A stretch of DNA of 13,372 bases, taken from a virus (Duplodnaviria > Heunggongvirae > Uroviricota > Caudoviricetes). How positions within the stretch are numbered: the stretch's first letter is position 1; every line of letters starts with the position of its first letter. Positions 12,125-13,372 of this stretch are shown in pieces. The stretch lies in IMG/VR virus record IMGVR_UViG_3300038451_000684. One strand, 5' to 3'. A program made the position numbers and the translations under genes. The notes under the pieces are model-generated. The model did no database searches. It saw nothing but the letters and a program-made list of their open reading frames with translations, and had not been told where the DNA came from.

Positions 12125-13372
12125 CTACGCTGCGCGTTGCTTGTTGGTGTAACTCTCGCGCATCTTGTCCAGCGCATCGGCCCAGGCTTGCATCATGTCG
12201 CAGCGTTGGTCTAGCCATTCTGCTTCGTTGTAAACGCCGGCTACGCCAGCTTCCCTATGAGACAACTGCGCCTCGACCCAGTATTTGTCGTACCCCTGAC
12301 CGCGCAAATAGGTGCTGGCAATGTGTCTCCAACCATGGCCGGTCATACGATCGTGGTACCCCATGCGATAAAGACCCAGGAGGACAGTGTTGTAACTCAT
12401 CGTGCCCTTACCACCGTTGACATCTGGAAACAGTCTTCCCGAGTCTCCGCTGATCCAGTGGAGCCGTTGCAGCAGTTCAATCGATTGGTAGGAAAGAGGC
12501 ACGATCTGCGGACGATTCATTTTCATGTGTTCTTTGGGCACATTCCAGCGGTGGTTTTCAAAGTCGATCTCCTTCCACTCCGCCTTGATCATTTCTGCGG
12601 TGCGCACAAAGGTCAAGGCGAGCAGTTCCATGGCGATCCGCGTTAGCACATTGCCGCTGTAATTTTTCATCTTGTAGAGCAGTTCGGGAACTTCTTCGAT
12701 ATCCAAATGGGCAAACTTCTGCGGAACAGTTTTCGACAGAATCATTTTGGGGTCGATGTCGGCAGCCGGGTTGATCACATTCGGGGCCAAGACGTTGAAT
12801 GTTTTTCCCCACTTGTACATTTGGCGAATGAACTGCAGATTCCGGTTGGCGATGTCGCGGGCTCCGCGGCTATCGGTGGTTTTGGTCAGATCCACCAAGT
12901 CAGCGGGGGTGATCTCATCTGGCTTTCTTTTGCCGATGCGAGCGATCACATCGTGTTCGATCCGGGATTCGACGTTGGCGGCATATTTGTCGTTTTTGCC
13001 TTTCTTCCACCAAGCGAACCATTGCCGGGCCAAGTCCTCAAAGGTAATGGTGCCAGCTTCCACCTTTTCTTTCTCGGCCAGTTCCGCCAGTTTTTCTTCT
13101 TTGGCTTCTTTGCGTTGGGCCATGGGGTCAACGCCCGAGGCCAGCGTAGCCCTTGCTGCGGCGTGCAGCACCCGTGCCTTGGCCAGAGACACGTCAGGAT
13201 ACTTGCCATATGCCATTGTTTTTTGCTTACCCTCGAAGTGGTAATTCCACCGCCAAAGTTTTCCGCGTGACGGCATCACCAGCAGATTCAGGCCGCCACT
13301 ATCAGTAAGGCGGTAGGGTTTTGGCCTTGGAACGGCTTTTTCGCACTGCATATTGGAAAGTTCGCCTGATGT
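12125..13372 (-). CDS. int: P4-like tyrosine integrase (arm-binding N-domain plus catalytic domain), 5'-partial
   Basis: KPYRLTDSGGLNLLV...WRWNY...GKYPDVSLAKAR; catalytic R (VRTAE), K (KEHMK), HxxR (HGWR), H (LSH), Y (VYN) all intact. The frame stays open to the window edge (TSGELSN before M13351), so the true start is probably outside the window. Confidence 0.97.
   Translation of the reverse strand, partial: TSGELSNMQCEKAVPRPKPYRLTDSGGLNLLVMPSRGKLWRWNYHFEGKQKTMAYGKYPDVSLAKARVLHAAARATLASGVDPMAQRKEAKEEKLAELAEKEKVEAGTITFEDLARQWFAWWKKGKNDKYAANVESRIEHDVIARIGKRKPDEITPADLVDLTKTTDSRGARDIANRNLQFIRQMYKWGKTFNVLAPNVINPAADIDPKMILSKTVPQKFAHLDIEEVPELLYKMKNYSGNVLTRIAMELLALTFVRTAEMIKAEWKEIDFENHRWNVPKEHMKMNRPQIVPLSYQSIELLQRLHWISGDSGRLFPDVNGGKGTMSYNTVLLGLYRMGYHDRMTGHGWRHIASTYLRGQGYDKYWVEAQLSHREAGVAGVYNEAEWLDQRCDMMQAWADALDKMRESYTNKQRAA

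Larger units (their letters stand above)
1..13372 (-). mobile_element. Prophage or phage-satellite-like integrative element (integration, regulation and replication arm); both boundaries lie outside the window
   Basis: Integrase, AlpA, replication initiator, primase-helicase, antirepressor, methyltransferases and HNH are all co-oriented, with many ATGA/GTGA stop-start overlaps. No host housekeeping or virion genes are seen. Confidence 0.9.

Noticed and set aside
12125-13372. att site or target tRNA next to the integrase
   Set aside because: No tRNA fold or att-like duplication is visible; the expected site lies upstream of int, outside the window.

Overview
All credible genes in this 13.4 kb window lie on the minus strand. 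It reads as the integration, early and replication arm of a temperate phage or phage-satellite-like element. A small Zn-finger family I associate with Acidobacteriota hints at the host; this is from memory and unverified. In transcription order (high to low coordinates) it carries: a P4-type tyrosine integrase (5' end outside the window), a terminator, a promoter candidate, AlpA, a deleted and frameshifted C5 DNA methyltransferase, a lambda-O-like replication initiator with internal iterons, a CHC2-TOPRIM-AAA primase-helicase, an intact beta-class N6/N4 methyltransferase, a Rha/ANT antirepressor, an HNH-like protein and about 15 small hypothetical proteins. No structural genes, tRNAs or CRISPR arrays are visible. 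Three things stand out. (1) A complete candidate -1 ribosomal frameshift cassette ends the 73-aa gene at 292-513 and opens an 88-codon extension with no start of its own. (2) A strand-polarised family of 7-nt-period N4-YAG repeats (AGGGGTT and NGAACAG types) sits at gene junctions, in RBS regions, at protein termini and in-frame inside one gene. (3) The C5 methyltransferase remnant looks like an overlapping two-frame alpha/beta gene that one deletion has fused into a chimeric ORF. All counts and pairings were done by eye.
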